Source: an uncultured Planctomycetia bacterium
GTDB lineage: Bacteria > Omnitrophota > Gorgyraeia > Duberdicusellales > 4484-171
Direction of reading: 5' to 3'
DNA length: 64,000 bases
Assembly (NCBI GenBank): GCA_964489445.1
Contig: CAZAYU010000005.1
Location: 68,799 to 132,798, forward strand
The notes under the pieces were generated by a model. The model did not search any database, had not been told where the DNA came from, and saw only the letters and a list, made by a program, of their open reading frames with translations. Below are positions 49,256 through 59,855 of the stretch, piece after piece; within the stretch, counting starts at the first letter, position 1; every line of letters starts with the position of its first letter. Both the position numbers and the translations under genes were made by a program.

Positions 49256-49919
49256 TCTTGTCCTTTTGCGAAATCTTTTTTATAACTTCAGATAGTACCC
49301 CTGTGCCCTTTACTGCATGCTGTACTTCTTCTAGAGTTATCCATCCATTCTTTAAAGAATATTTCTCTTCTTTTAAAAGAAAACAAATTGCTTCTTCTTC
49401 ACTGGCATTAACTATTAATAGGCTCTTAGCTTCTTTTGATTCAATCATTATCCGTCCTTGCTCAAGAACCTGGCTTATTTGATCTTCCTCAAACGTAAGG
49501 TACAAAACAGGTCCTTGGCATCCAAAATTGATAGCTGCCTCTGCTATTGGCGTTGAAGGCAATGTATAAACAAATAAGCTCCCTCGAGACAACTTCCGCC
49601 CACACTCAACATAATCTTTAAAATATTTTATATTTGATTGCAAACATCCCTCTTCATCTGTGCTCAAAATACCTAAATCCTGCATTGTTCCCTTTGAATA
49701 ATCAACACCTGCATCAAATAAAGCTAAAGAAATTGCGAAGCACGTATTTCTTGAAACTTTATCAAATCTTCCAAAATTCTTAATAGGCTCTAACAAAATA
49801 GACGCATCTCTGAGAGTTGAGTGCATTTTCTTCCTATCTGAGTATTCAGTTATATTTTTTCTAAATACACTTCCAAACTTATTTTCTGTGATCCAGCCTA
49901 TTCCTTGAACAATAATCAT
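49230..49919 (-). CDS. Ketosynthase N-terminal-only protein (chain-length-factor-like)
   Basis: NFGRFD, LFVYTLPS...AINFGCQGP; no catalytic triad; start uncertain. Confidence 0.78.
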   Translation of the reverse strand: MIIVQGIGWITENKFGSVFRKNITEYSDRKKMHSTLRDASILLEPIKNFGRFDKVSRNTCFAISLALFDAGVDYSKGTMQDLGILSTDEEGCLQSNIKYFKDYVECGRKLSRGSLFVYTLPSTPIAEAAINFGCQGPVLYLTFEEDQISQVLEQGRIMIESKEAKSLLIVNASEEEAICFLLKEEKYSLKNGWITLEEVQHAVKGTGVLSEVIKKISQKDKNEVTDYIS

Positions 49920-49977
49920 ACTATTTCCCTGAACTCCTATTATCAATACTAAATTGATTCCCTACCAGCCAAGAGTA

Positions 49978-50292
49978 TTATTTTGAAACACTATCACTCA
50001 CGCATCGGAATTGCAGAGAAGCACTACCAGGCCTAGCAGGTAAAGAATTTAACATCTCCAAGGCTACTGTCTCCACTTTCTTATTTTGCTTAGAACAAAA
50101 CTCGTTTGCCTCTCGGTACACAACAGCCTTTGCGCCAACAGGCTGACCACAACCAATCTGCCAACTTCTCTTGGATACCACATATGTGTCCTTGTCCATA
50201 GGGATAACTCCTGTGCTTGCACAACCGCTGAGCAGAATAACGAACATTAGACAAAAATAGCCAAGAAACACATTTCTTATTTTTCTAAACAT
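49978..50292 (-). CDS. Small lipoprotein, paralog of the N-terminal domain of 42025-42480
   Basis: Lipobox LSGC; GVIPMDKDTYVVS...YREANEFC. Confidence 0.8.
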   Translation of the reverse strand: MFRKIRNVFLGYFCLMFVILLSGCASTGVIPMDKDTYVVSKRSWQIGCGQPVGAKAVVYREANEFCSKQNKKVETVALEMLNSLPARPGSASLQFRCVSDSVSK

Positions 50293-50321
50293 AACCCCTC
50301 CCCTTTTCTATGTTTAATTAT

Positions 50322-51458
50322 TTATTCACATGCGACTATTATTAACGCAGAATTAATTCCACCAAATCCAGAGTTTGTTGACAAAACAATATTGTTTTTA
50401 AGCCTAACTTCTTCTTTTTGAATCCACCCTACAGCTTCCTCATCAATATTTTCCGCCCCTACCGTAGGTGGCAAAACATTATTTTGAATAGTTTCTAGCG
50501 CCACCAGAGCATCCATAAGACCAGCTGATCCCATAGTGTGTCCAATTCCACCTTTGATAGAGTAGGTTGGAAGAACTTTACCGCCAAATATACTTTTAAA
50601 TGCTTTCATCTCCATCGAATCGTTATATACCGTTCCTGTCCCATGTGCACAAATACTATTGATTTCTTCGGCTGTTATGCCTCCTGATTCTAGCGCTCTG
50701 TCTATAGCCAAGAATAGACCTTCCCCGTCTATGGACGGACCGGTCACATGGTTTGCATCGCAAGAAATTCCCCAACCTAAAATGCCTCCCTTAACGGGTC
50801 TCTTCTCTTTATCCGCTCTTTCCTTCGACATAAGAAGAATACAAGCTGTCGCTTCCCCAACATTAAGACCCTCTCTATTTTTATCAAATGGTCGAGCGTT
50901 ATATCTATCTAAAGCCATCAGCGATGAAAATCCGGAAATAATAAACTCGCTTACACAATCACAAGAAACAACCAAAACACATTCACTCTTTTTAGACCTA
51001 ATTAACGATGCAGCTCGAGCAATAGCAACGCTAGAGGATGCACATGCAGCAGAAATCAGCATTCCTTTCCCTCTTACCTTAAAAAGATCATGTGTTTTTG
51101 CCAATAAAAGACCTAATCGACTCTCCTCTGAGCTTTTTTTTCCTGTTAACATCTCATCTTCAAGAAAATCAATCTCGCCATTTAAAGACGCGAGCATCAA
51201 GTCAGCATCTTCCGGTATTGAATTGTTAATATTTTCCTTAAGCCTTTCCATCATTTGAAAAACAAGTGATTTCTCATTCCTAGAAACAAGGCCCTTAATT
51301 GTAGCTGCTTTGTTTGATTTGAAATGCCTGGTGTCAAATCTTTTAATGTCATCTATTGAAGTTTGATTACTAAGCAAGCCTTGCCAGCAAACATCTATTC
51401 CTTCTCCATAAGGGGTAACCGCATTATAGTCAACTATGACCGGACTTGCCTTCAGCAT
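50322..51458 (-). CDS. Beta-ketoacyl-ACP synthase
   Basis: AACASS, AHGTGT, GHTMGSAG, GFGGIN. Confidence 0.93.
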   Translation of the reverse strand: MLKASPVIVDYNAVTPYGEGIDVCWQGLLSNQTSIDDIKRFDTRHFKSNKAATIKGLVSRNEKSLVFQMMERLKENINNSIPEDADLMLASLNGEIDFLEDEMLTGKKSSEESRLGLLLAKTHDLFKVRGKGMLISAACASSSVAIARAASLIRSKKSECVLVVSCDCVSEFIISGFSSLMALDRYNARPFDKNREGLNVGEATACILLMSKERADKEKRPVKGGILGWGISCDANHVTGPSIDGEGLFLAIDRALESGGITAEEINSICAHGTGTVYNDSMEMKAFKSIFGGKVLPTYSIKGGIGHTMGSAGLMDALVALETIQNNVLPPTVGAENIDEEAVGWIQKEEVRLKNNIVLSTNSGFGGINSALIIVACE

Positions 51459-51928
51459 GAATATTCACCCTTTACCCATTTCTCGCGACACTTTTCAAGC
51501 ATGGCAGGCATTGCAATATATGGTTCCTGAGATTTAGCATCAACAAACATCTGCACAGTATATCCTGTTGCTGCAACTTGCCCATCCTCTTTAATAATTA
51601 CATATTCAATATTGATCCTTGCCCCTTCACTCCAGATCATATTTGCTTCAACATGACAAACCTCATCAAGAATCAATGGCGCATGATAATCAATATGCAT
51701 TTGCACAATTGGCGCACGTAAGCCTGCTTCATAGAATTCCCTGTAAGATAAGCCCCATTTCCGCCCTATAGCGGAAAATCCCTCTTCGAAATATTCTGCA
51801 TACCTGCCATGCCACACAACTCCCATCACGTCGACATCGCTGAAACTTACTCTCTTCTCAACTCGCACAATCAAAGGAGCAGGGCCTTCTGGAATTATCT
51901 TAAAATATTTGCCTAGTTTTCTTCTCAT
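51452..51928 (-). CDS. Acyl-CoA/ACP thioesterase (4HBT/YbgC hotdog)
   Basis: VSFSDVDVMGVVWHGRYAEYFE. Confidence 0.92.
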   Translation of the reverse strand: MRRKLGKYFKIIPEGPAPLIVRVEKRVSFSDVDVMGVVWHGRYAEYFEEGFSAIGRKWGLSYREFYEAGLRAPIVQMHIDYHAPLILDEVCHVEANMIWSEGARINIEYVIIKEDGQVAATGYTVQMFVDAKSQEPYIAMPAMLEKCREKWVKGEYSC

Positions 51929-51940
51929 TACGTAACCCCG

Positions 51941-52309
51941 TTAAAATATCAGCTTTAGTTCAGCGACCTTTTCCTCTTTTTTGACAATGAGAACTTTAAC
52001 AGATAAATTCTCTAAACTCTCGTTCTCAAAACACTTAAATATCAATTCTTCATCACAGGTTGTAGGCTGAAAGAATTTTGCAAGTTTTATTTCCTTCAGC
52101 TCAAGATTATCCTTACCTTTCCACTTCTTTATAACCTCTACTGCCGATAAAATCTTGCAGACTCCAGGCAAAACAGGATTGTTTTCGAAATGCCCCTGAA
52201 ACCCGAGGAACTCTTTATCAAAAATAAAGTTTGCCGTTGCCATGCGCTTATCGATAATATCTATATTGCACATACATCTATTTATGTCCCCTATTAGATC
52301 GCAGCTCAT
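51941..52309 (-). CDS. FabA/FabZ-like dehydratase (ApeI-like)
   Basis: FQGHFENNPVLPGV. Confidence 0.88.
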   Translation of the reverse strand: MSCDLIGDINRCMCNIDIIDKRMATANFIFDKEFLGFQGHFENNPVLPGVCKILSAVEVIKKWKGKDNLELKEIKLAKFFQPTTCDEELIFKCFENESLENLSVKVLIVKKEEKVAELKLIF

Positions 52310-52971
52310 AACACCTCTTTGACGTTGATTATCAGCTTGTAGCCATATAAGTAGTTTGCAAAAATTATCCCTTTAGGATACACTTTTCCATCTTTTTCCA
52401 TATATTCATAATATCTGGCCGACCAAGCCTTCTTTTTTCCTTCATAATGTACCTTCTCAATCAAATAATTCTCTTTGCCTGCAAAAACATACTCCGTAAT
52501 CCCAGCGTCTTGTTTCTGGCTAAATATAATTTCTTTTTTCTTCTTTTTAATTTCAAAAAACTTTAATGGTGCCTGGTCAAAATATATACGGTAAATATCC
52601 TTAACCAAAGCTTTCGAAATATCTCCCTTCTTAGAAATTTCATCGATAACATTATTGACCGTGACTTCCCCGTTCTTCGCTGCAATTTCAATGAGCTTTA
52701 CTCCAACAGAATTCATGCCAGCTAATTCGAATGCTTTTTCATTTTCATCAACAGAAAGATATCCTAACGAAAGAAATTTCCTTGCTCTAAACTGAAACAC
52801 AACGGTATTAATAATCTTGAAGCTCTCTGGCGTCAACGCAATATGCTTCCTTAAAACATCTTCAGGATTTCTATTAGTGATTAATATATATTCCGTCTTT
52901 TTAAATGGCACAAAACTGCATCCACCAATAAAACATATAGATAACAAAAGAATACAAACCTGTTTTCTCAC
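52306..52971 (-). CDS. DUF3261-like lipoprotein
   Basis: Lipobox IGGC; GTG start overlaps the MMPL stop; position typical of such clusters. Confidence 0.7.
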   Translation of the reverse strand: MRKQVCILLLSICFIGGCSFVPFKKTEYILITNRNPEDVLRKHIALTPESFKIINTVVFQFRARKFLSLGYLSVDENEKAFELAGMNSVGVKLIEIAAKNGEVTVNNVIDEISKKGDISKALVKDIYRIYFDQAPLKFFEIKKKKKEIIFSQKQDAGITEYVFAGKENYLIEKVHYEGKKKAWSARYYEYMEKDGKVYPKGIIFANYLYGYKLIINVKEVL

Positions 52972-55352
52972 TGAGATCCTCCAGGAGAAATCCACAGCCG
53001 ATAACAAGCTGGGACTACAAAAGCTGCAGTCAAATAACCTGAAAATATTCCTATAGCCATAGTAACTCCCACATAAAACAAAACTGGATGTGTCGCTAAA
53101 AGCAAAACGCTTCCCCCGGCAATAGTTGTTGCTGCAGATAATGTGACAGCTAAAAAAGTTCCTGCTTCTAATTTAAACTTACAGTCGTAGACCATAAAAA
53201 CCCCATAATCGATGCAAAGCCCAACAACGACTAGAACAGCTATCATCGATGGCGCATTCAAAGAATACCCTAACAATGAAAAACCGCCAATAATCATAAA
53301 GATACTCGTTACAACAGGAAGTAAAGCCAACAAGGTCAACCGAATACTCTTTAGCAACAAAATTGTTAAGATTACAATTAATAATCCAGCTATCCAAGAA
53401 AGTTTTTTAACTTCTTGACCTGCTGATTCCGAAATAGATTTAGCCATGCTATTCCTTGAGATAATAAATGTATCTGCCATCTTACTGCTTATTTTTCGAG
53501 CCTTATCGACTAGAACTTTTTTATCCGGAAAATAGGTTATCGCATAATACCCGCTCTTTGTTTTTTGAAAAAAACGCTTCTTGGCCTGATCAAGCAACTT
53601 TGGATCTGCTAGCTTGGTGTCTTCCTCTTGGCTTATATACAGGCTATCAAAAAATGGCTTAAAGGCATCTTCAGAATATCCATAATCATTTCCTTGCTCC
53701 CGAAGAAGAATCTTTAATTCTTCCTCATGCTTATTCTTCCAGAATAAATCCCACTGCAATAGATTCTCTACCCTTGTCTCTTTGGATGGATAAACACTCG
53801 CGATATTTGAGAATTCTTTGTTCTTAAAGCTTTTGCTCATTTCCATGTTAAGAACTTCATTTACCTTAAGAACCTCCTCTCTCTTCCCTGCTTGTGCAAC
53901 TAACATAGCACATTCATTGTCAGCTCCCCACGTCTTGCGAAATTGCTCTTCCGCGTCAAAAATATTCTTTGAGCTTCCATCATAAACTCTTATATCATTA
54001 CTAAATGTTAAATTTTGAGAGAAAAAAACAAATACGCCTACAACAATAATCCACAAAAATATAATAATCCGGTCATCTAGAATATGGTACTTGTTGCAAA
54101 AGCTCATTTTTGCAAAAGGAGCTCTTTCCTTCTTTTCATAAAATAATCTCGGCAAAATAAACAAATAGAAAAAGATGCTAATAATAATACTCAAATTCGT
54201 CAATAACGCAAATTGCTGAAAACCATAAATACTAGAGAAGAAAAATGATGTAAAAACCCCCATTGTTGTAAATACCCCAACCAAAATAGGCTTCGCAACC
54301 TTGTTCACCTTTTCCATTCCACCTGCTTGCATAGCCAGATAAATATGGATACCATAGTCAACGGTTATCCCTGCGATAACCGCAGCCAAGCCAACAACAA
54401 AAGGTGAAAGCGCACCCATCTTCATTGAAGCTATATTCATAGAGATAACAATCGCGACTACGGGAATAATAAACACTAAAAGTGCACGAACACTTCTAAA
54501 CACAATAATAAGCAAAATCAAAAGGATAAAAGTAACAGCAAAAACTGTTTTGGTAATATCTTTCTTCAAAATGTCTTCATTACTTATTGTATGAAGATGT
54601 CCGCCGATGATATCCACATCAATATAATCCGGCAATAGTTTGATCTGTTCCCTTATATAATTAATCAACTTTCTTGAACCAACACTATCTGTTATAGGAA
54701 CCGATGTCGATAATATTAACATCACATGTTTTTCGTTCATACTCACAAAATGTTCGTGCTTAAATTGTGCCTGATATCCTATCGACTCTGCCAAGTCCTT
54801 CATTTTTATTAAATACTTTATTTTGATGCCAAGAGGATCATTCTGAATAAAGTATTTCATAAAAATGCTATTCATCGAAAGCATACTCTTGTAACCTTGC
54901 TTCAATCTTTCTTTGACATTCTCAGGGTTAATCTCTTTCTTGATGGAAAACAAGTCTTCTTCTGATACAACCTGCGGAACATAATCTAAAAATTCTTTAA
55001 CATCTTCTAAGACTTCATTCTCGGTTATTCCCTCCTCAATCTTCATAACAAAAGGTAGCTTTAAACCATTTTTTAGCTGATCAGCAGCTTTAATAAGATC
55101 GACCATTGTCTTACCCTCTCCTTTAAGGTGCAACGACAGGACAACTTTATCTGAAAAGTTTGATTCTCTTAAGAATTTCAGTGATTTTGAGAATTCTGCG
55201 TTTTTCGGAAGCATGATTTCAACATCATTGTTAAAAGAGGCAGAAAATAATCGAAAGACCGAAATCAAGAATACGATTACAACCAAAGAAATTGTTAATT
55301 TTCTTTTTTTATTTAGCAAGGAATATATTTTTTCGAATAAATGATTAATCAC
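52968..55352 (-). CDS. MMPL/RND family exporter
   Basis: Two TM blocks with GITVDYGIH and GLCIDYGVF. Confidence 0.92.
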   Translation of the reverse strand: MINHLFEKIYSLLNKKRKLTISLVVIVFLISVFRLFSASFNNDVEIMLPKNAEFSKSLKFLRESNFSDKVVLSLHLKGEGKTMVDLIKAADQLKNGLKLPFVMKIEEGITENEVLEDVKEFLDYVPQVVSEEDLFSIKKEINPENVKERLKQGYKSMLSMNSIFMKYFIQNDPLGIKIKYLIKMKDLAESIGYQAQFKHEHFVSMNEKHVMLILSTSVPITDSVGSRKLINYIREQIKLLPDYIDVDIIGGHLHTISNEDILKKDITKTVFAVTFILLILLIIVFRSVRALLVFIIPVVAIVISMNIASMKMGALSPFVVGLAAVIAGITVDYGIHIYLAMQAGGMEKVNKVAKPILVGVFTTMGVFTSFFFSSIYGFQQFALLTNLSIIISIFFYLFILPRLFYEKKERAPFAKMSFCNKYHILDDRIIIFLWIIVVGVFVFFSQNLTFSNDIRVYDGSSKNIFDAEEQFRKTWGADNECAMLVAQAGKREEVLKVNEVLNMEMSKSFKNKEFSNIASVYPSKETRVENLLQWDLFWKNKHEEELKILLREQGNDYGYSEDAFKPFFDSLYISQEEDTKLADPKLLDQAKKRFFQKTKSGYYAITYFPDKKVLVDKARKISSKMADTFIISRNSMAKSISESAGQEVKKLSWIAGLLIVILTILLLKSIRLTLLALLPVVTSIFMIIGGFSLLGYSLNAPSMIAVLVVVGLCIDYGVFMVYDCKFKLEAGTFLAVTLSAATTIAGGSVLLLATHPVLFYVGVTMAIGIFSGYLTAAFVVPACYRLWISPGGSQ

Positions 55353-56004
55353 TTGCTTTAACTTTCCATACTTGTGGATCCAACTTTATATTAATCAATG
55401 TTTCCAGAAAGTGGAACTTTGTTGAATCGCCATTTGTCTCTAAGATATCAATCGTATCAATATATTTTTCATTTTTTTGAAAAAGGATAACAATGTTTTT
55501 TATCATTTTGAATGCCATAGAATTCTTGAAAGGTATGAATTTTAATTTCATAGGCGAAGACTGTATTACTTCAATATCGTACTCATCAATAAGAGATAGA
55601 TATGAACCAGAAACCCATCTCTTCATTTGGTTTGCAATAATATTAAACGATGGGTTGCTTGTTAAGTTAATTTTCTGAATTTGGTTTGTATCTTCATCCC
55701 ATTGCATAACAACATTATCCTTTAAAATAATTCTTTGCCTCAAAGGTGAACTGATATGCCAAGCAAAAGAAGATGGGTTACGCAAAAATAAATAACCTTT
55801 AATTGTTAGCTTCTGCCCAAACAAGGATAAATTCTTTTCCTCGATAAACTGTGTCGAGAGCGTTGTAATGCTTGACATTTTTTCCTCTATTATCCTCAGA
55901 TCATTTATCAAGTTAGAATTGGCTTCTTTGCAAATTCCGCTTAAAACAAATATATGCATAAATAAAATCATTAAAATTAGAACTCGAATCTTTACACGTC
56001 TCAT
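55345..56004 (-). CDS. LolA-like periplasmic carrier
   Basis: FIEEKNLSLF...KGYLFLRNP...WHISSP, ETNGDST. Confidence 0.87.
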   Translation of the reverse strand: MRRVKIRVLILMILFMHIFVLSGICKEANSNLINDLRIIEEKMSSITTLSTQFIEEKNLSLFGQKLTIKGYLFLRNPSSFAWHISSPLRQRIILKDNVVMQWDEDTNQIQKINLTSNPSFNIIANQMKRWVSGSYLSLIDEYDIEVIQSSPMKLKFIPFKNSMAFKMIKNIVILFQKNEKYIDTIDILETNGDSTKFHFLETLINIKLDPQVWKVKASD

Positions 56005-57506
56005 TGAACTAGCGTCAGCCTCCCCACTTCTGCATTCTCGCTATGCCAAATCTTAACTTCCCCTCTTGCTAAGACTCTATTGCCTTTTACAACCTCTCCC
56101 TCGACTATTGCAAAATTTCCATATCTTGCTTTTTTCTCTATAGAGATCAAAAGGGTATCTCCTACACTTGCATTACCAAAAATCTTCATTTTCTTAGCTC
56201 CTAATAAAAAACCTTCTACCTTGTATCCAGGGTTCCCTAGATTCTTAAAACAATTATGTGCTGCTATTGTCTGCGCTATCATCTCTAAATAAATTGCGCC
56301 ATTAAGTTGCCCCTTCTTGTCAATAAAAAGCATGTTTTCTGAAATGCGTACTGAGGCCTCTGCCCTTCGATCGCGGACACTCAACAGCTTATCAATAACT
56401 CTCATTGGAGTTTTTTGAGGAATTATATTTTCAACACTAATCGGAAGCTTAGTTATCTCTGACTGCCTGTTATAATTTTTCCAACAAAGAGGATCTGAAG
56501 CTAAGTAATCCCCTGTTATCTGATAGGCTGATCCTCGGCATCCATAACAATGATCTAGTTCATCACATGCTCGGCAAGGACCTTTGATAAGATTCTTATA
56601 ATTCTTAAGATCTTCCATAACTTCACTTGTTTCTAAAATATCTTTTAATTTCTTGCTTCTAACATTACCCATAGGGATTGTAACGCCAACACAGGGCATA
56701 ACATCTCCGTTTGCATTGACAAAGCAAGAATACTGATGCCTAAAACACTTATTCCCGATAAGCGGCGGTTGAACTTCCCAAGTATTTCCATATTTTTCTT
56801 TGTCGATCTTAGCAATCTTCTTAAATAATCTCTCTACTTCCAAAGAGTCAACTTCCAACCATTGGTGATCGTTAAATTTTCCTTGAGGAGTAATCATCTC
56901 AAAGTAGGGGAGGATATTCCTGTCTCTAAGCCATATCCACAAATCAGTGAGTTCATCTATGTTTTGCTGACAAATAATTGTACTCACAGCCACATATTTA
57001 TTTTTTGCTGGATATCCCGCTTTTTGGATATTCTCGATAGCTTCTTTTATCATAAGGTGTGATCCCTGAATTCCAGTAAGCATATCCTGCGTTTCTTTAT
57101 TAAATGAATTCATTTTCAAGACAATATTAACACCCAAATCAAACAATGTATTAGCAATAACCTCGTTGACCTGCGAACCGTTGGTAAACATCTCTGATTC
57201 CAGACCTTCATTACGTATAAAAGACAACACTTCAAGAATGTGCGGATAAATCAACGGCTCTCCGCCTAAAACAATAATCTTTTTTGCTCCCAAATTCTTT
57301 GCTTGCAAAATAATATCCTGAATTTGATTTAAATCCATTTCTTTATCAAAAAAAGAATCACTCTTAACATAACAATACGGACATTGAAAATCGCACTTGG
57401 TATTGAATTCAATTTCCATAGATAGCAATCGTCCATGCTCTTTTGCTTCTCTGATCTCTTCACCTGTAAACTCAACATTAAAAATTCTCTTATTACAATC
57501 ACTCAT
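56001..57506 (-). CDS. Radical SAM/SPASM protein fused to a C-terminal hotdog (ApeP/FabZ-like) domain
   Basis: CDFQCPYC, GGEP, CRACDELDHCYGCR; C-terminal IPQKTPMRVID...EMIAQ...GFLLG. Confidence 0.85.
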   Translation of the reverse strand: MSDCNKRIFNVEFTGEEIREAKEHGRLLSMEIEFNTKCDFQCPYCYVKSDSFFDKEMDLNQIQDIILQAKNLGAKKIIVLGGEPLIYPHILEVLSFIRNEGLESEMFTNGSQVNEVIANTLFDLGVNIVLKMNSFNKETQDMLTGIQGSHLMIKEAIENIQKAGYPAKNKYVAVSTIICQQNIDELTDLWIWLRDRNILPYFEMITPQGKFNDHQWLEVDSLEVERLFKKIAKIDKEKYGNTWEVQPPLIGNKCFRHQYSCFVNANGDVMPCVGVTIPMGNVRSKKLKDILETSEVMEDLKNYKNLIKGPCRACDELDHCYGCRGSAYQITGDYLASDPLCWKNYNRQSEITKLPISVENIIPQKTPMRVIDKLLSVRDRRAEASVRISENMLFIDKKGQLNGAIYLEMIAQTIAAHNCFKNLGNPGYKVEGFLLGAKKMKIFGNASVGDTLLISIEKKARYGNFAIVEGEVVKGNRVLARGEVKIWHSENAEVGRLTLVQ

Positions 57507-58807
57507 TATTTTCTCCTATCAAAAAACCGAATTGGTTTTCTATTGTCTTGAGCATAAATAATTCTTTTCATAGCATCGTCTTTTTCTAAAATAATTATTG
57601 GTTTTACGCGTAGACTTGCCTGTATTCTTTCCTGTAAAAATTCTAAATCAAGGGCAAGATCATTAATAGCTACATGAATAATCAAACTGTCAGAAAGAGC
57701 GCTCTCGCTTATTGCCTCGATATAATATTCTTGAACTTCTTTGGTGCTATCTAATACAGCATAGACAGCTTGCGGATAAAGAGTCGTTCCTTTGACTTTC
57801 ATCATTTGTTTTTTCCTGCCAAGAATAGGCCCTAAACGCTTTGATTTTCTTCCGCACTTGCAAGGCTCACTCATCAAAAAACTAATATCCCCCGTCTTAT
57901 AACGCACTAACGGCATCCCCTCAATTCCAAGCGGTGTGATAACAACTTCTCCGGTTATTCCGTCATCCAAAATATTTCCTTGATCGTCAACGATCTCAAT
58001 AACTGCTAAATCAGGATGTAAATGCCCTCCGTGTTGCGCTTCGCATTCACAAAAAGTGGTAACTATCTCTGAAGAGGCATAAGTGGAATACACTTTTGCA
58101 CCCCAAATTTCTTCCAGCTCAAGGCCAACACTTAGCAACTCTACTTTTTCATTACGCAGGGGTTCGCCAATACAAATAATTCGTTTCACGCTTGATAAGG
58201 GCTGCTCTCCATCTTCCTTTTTCATATAAAGTCCCAATTTTCTAATAAAAGATGGCACACCCACAATGGCCGTTGGTTTCATTTTACCAATAACTTCTTT
58301 GTGGCTATCTAAACTTCCATGTCCATTACGTATTGCAGATGCTCCTAAATTAGTTATTCCTAAAAAATAGGCTAACCCTGCAATAAAACATCTATCCATT
58401 GTGCATGTTAAAAGAACAATATCTTTTTTCGTTAAACCGCAACCAACAAATGATTTCTCTTCATTATATGCAAGACGCGTCAAATCTTGCCCTGTGTACA
58501 TAATCTTGATAGGCTTCCCTGTCGTTCCAGACGAAAGAACAATATCAACAATCTGCTCTGGGTTTACTGCGCGAAATCCATCATTATCATGTTCAATAAA
58601 CAATTTCTCTGTTAAAGGAACATCTTTAAAATTTATAAGATTAACTTTTGTAACATCCTTAATCAGGCCATCTAAAAATTTCCTATAAAAGGGAGACTGG
58701 CTCAAACAATATTTAAGATGGGCTTGAAGCAATTGCGTTTGAACTTGCTCGATTATTTCTTTGCTTTCAAATCCGATATCTTTATATTTATAAAAATCTC
58801 TCATCAT
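57506..58807 (-). CDS. Phenylacetate-CoA ligase (PaaK)-like adenylating enzyme
   Basis: SSGTTGKP, IGEP, YASSE, MPLVRYKTGD, CKCGR. Confidence 0.9.
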   Translation of the reverse strand: MMRDFYKYKDIGFESKEIIEQVQTQLLQAHLKYCLSQSPFYRKFLDGLIKDVTKVNLINFKDVPLTEKLFIEHDNDGFRAVNPEQIVDIVLSSGTTGKPIKIMYTGQDLTRLAYNEEKSFVGCGLTKKDIVLLTCTMDRCFIAGLAYFLGITNLGASAIRNGHGSLDSHKEVIGKMKPTAIVGVPSFIRKLGLYMKKEDGEQPLSSVKRIICIGEPLRNEKVELLSVGLELEEIWGAKVYSTYASSEIVTTFCECEAQHGGHLHPDLAVIEIVDDQGNILDDGITGEVVITPLGIEGMPLVRYKTGDISFLMSEPCKCGRKSKRLGPILGRKKQMMKVKGTTLYPQAVYAVLDSTKEVQEYYIEAISESALSDSLIIHVAINDLALDLEFLQERIQASLRVKPIIILEKDDAMKRIIYAQDNRKPIRFFDRRK

Positions 58808-59556
58808 GTTTGATCCATTTTTATTAATTCATTTCTCATGATTTCTCTCACCCTATTCTTCAGAACAAAGGAATTCATATCTTTGTAATCGTTCCAATGT
58901 AAGGCTAATAACTTGTGAATCTTAATAGTCCCAGGGTTTAATACAAAGGAACCCTTAGCCGGTTTATTTTCATTTCCTGAAATACAAAAAGGAACAATAG
59001 AGCACTTTGTTTCTATTGCTGCCCTAAAAATAGAGCTATAGAATTGTCCTGGTTCCTTACTGTCTGATCTCGTCCCTTCTGGAAATGAAACGACATTCAC
59101 TCCTTCTCCGATTAACTTTTTCATTTTTAACAAAAATACATCAATGGACATTTCCTTGACACTCAAATATCCGGCAACCTTAGCACCAAGGCCAAGAACA
59201 GGTAGCTTAAAAGGCCAAGTGTTCACTATTTGAATACCTTCAAAAGGCAAACATGCCATCAAGAACGCATCGGAAGCAGACCTGTGATTGCAAATAAAAA
59301 TAAACGGCCCCACTCTATTGTCATTCCTGCCAAAATCCTCATACTGAACTTTAATGAATGGAAAAGGAAGAACATAGATAATAATCCTTCCGTACCAACC
59401 AATAGCTCTTCGCCATATTTTTAATATAACACGTCTTGGAAAAACCAAAGCACCCAATGAAACCAATAATACTACCGAGGGAATAGCAATAATCGAAAAG
59501 ACGAGAAACATCAAATAAAAAACTACATTTAGAATAAATTTATTAATTTTTTCCAA
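58804..59556 (-). CDS. PlsC-like lysophospholipid acyltransferase
   Basis: NHRSASD (HxxxxD), FPEGTRS. Confidence 0.92.
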   Translation of the reverse strand: MEKINKFILNVVFYLMFLVFSIIAIPSVVLLVSLGALVFPRRVILKIWRRAIGWYGRIIIYVLPFPFIKVQYEDFGRNDNRVGPFIFICNHRSASDAFLMACLPFEGIQIVNTWPFKLPVLGLGAKVAGYLSVKEMSIDVFLLKMKKLIGEGVNVVSFPEGTRSDSKEPGQFYSSIFRAAIETKCSIVPFCISGNENKPAKGSFVLNPGTIKIHKLLALHWNDYKDMNSFVLKNRVREIMRNELIKMDQT

Positions 59557-59567
59557 AATAAATTCGC

Positions 59568-59837
59568 TTATCTATCAACTGAGAAATTCCCTTCTTTATA
59601 AAGAGATTCAATAAAACTATAAATATCGCCTAATGTCCTTATTTCTCGAACCCTATTATCATCCCTTATTTTCACGCCAAATTTTTTCTGAAGAGCAACA
59701 ACTAGATCAACAATGTCAAGACTGTCTAATCCAAGGTCTTCAAAGATGCCTTTCTCAGAGGACAGCTCTCCTTTATTTATTTCAAAAGACTCCTCAAAAA
59801 CTTGGTTGACCATCTCTTCTATCTTTTTCTTATCCAT
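59568..59837 (-). CDS. Acyl carrier protein 1
   Basis: DLGLDSLDIVDL. Confidence 0.95.
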   Translation of the reverse strand: MDKKKIEEMVNQVFEESFEINKGELSSEKGIFEDLGLDSLDIVDLVVALQKKFGVKIRDDNRVREIRTLGDIYSFIESLYKEGNFSVDR

Positions 59838-59855
59838 AGATAACTTCTCCTTTTC

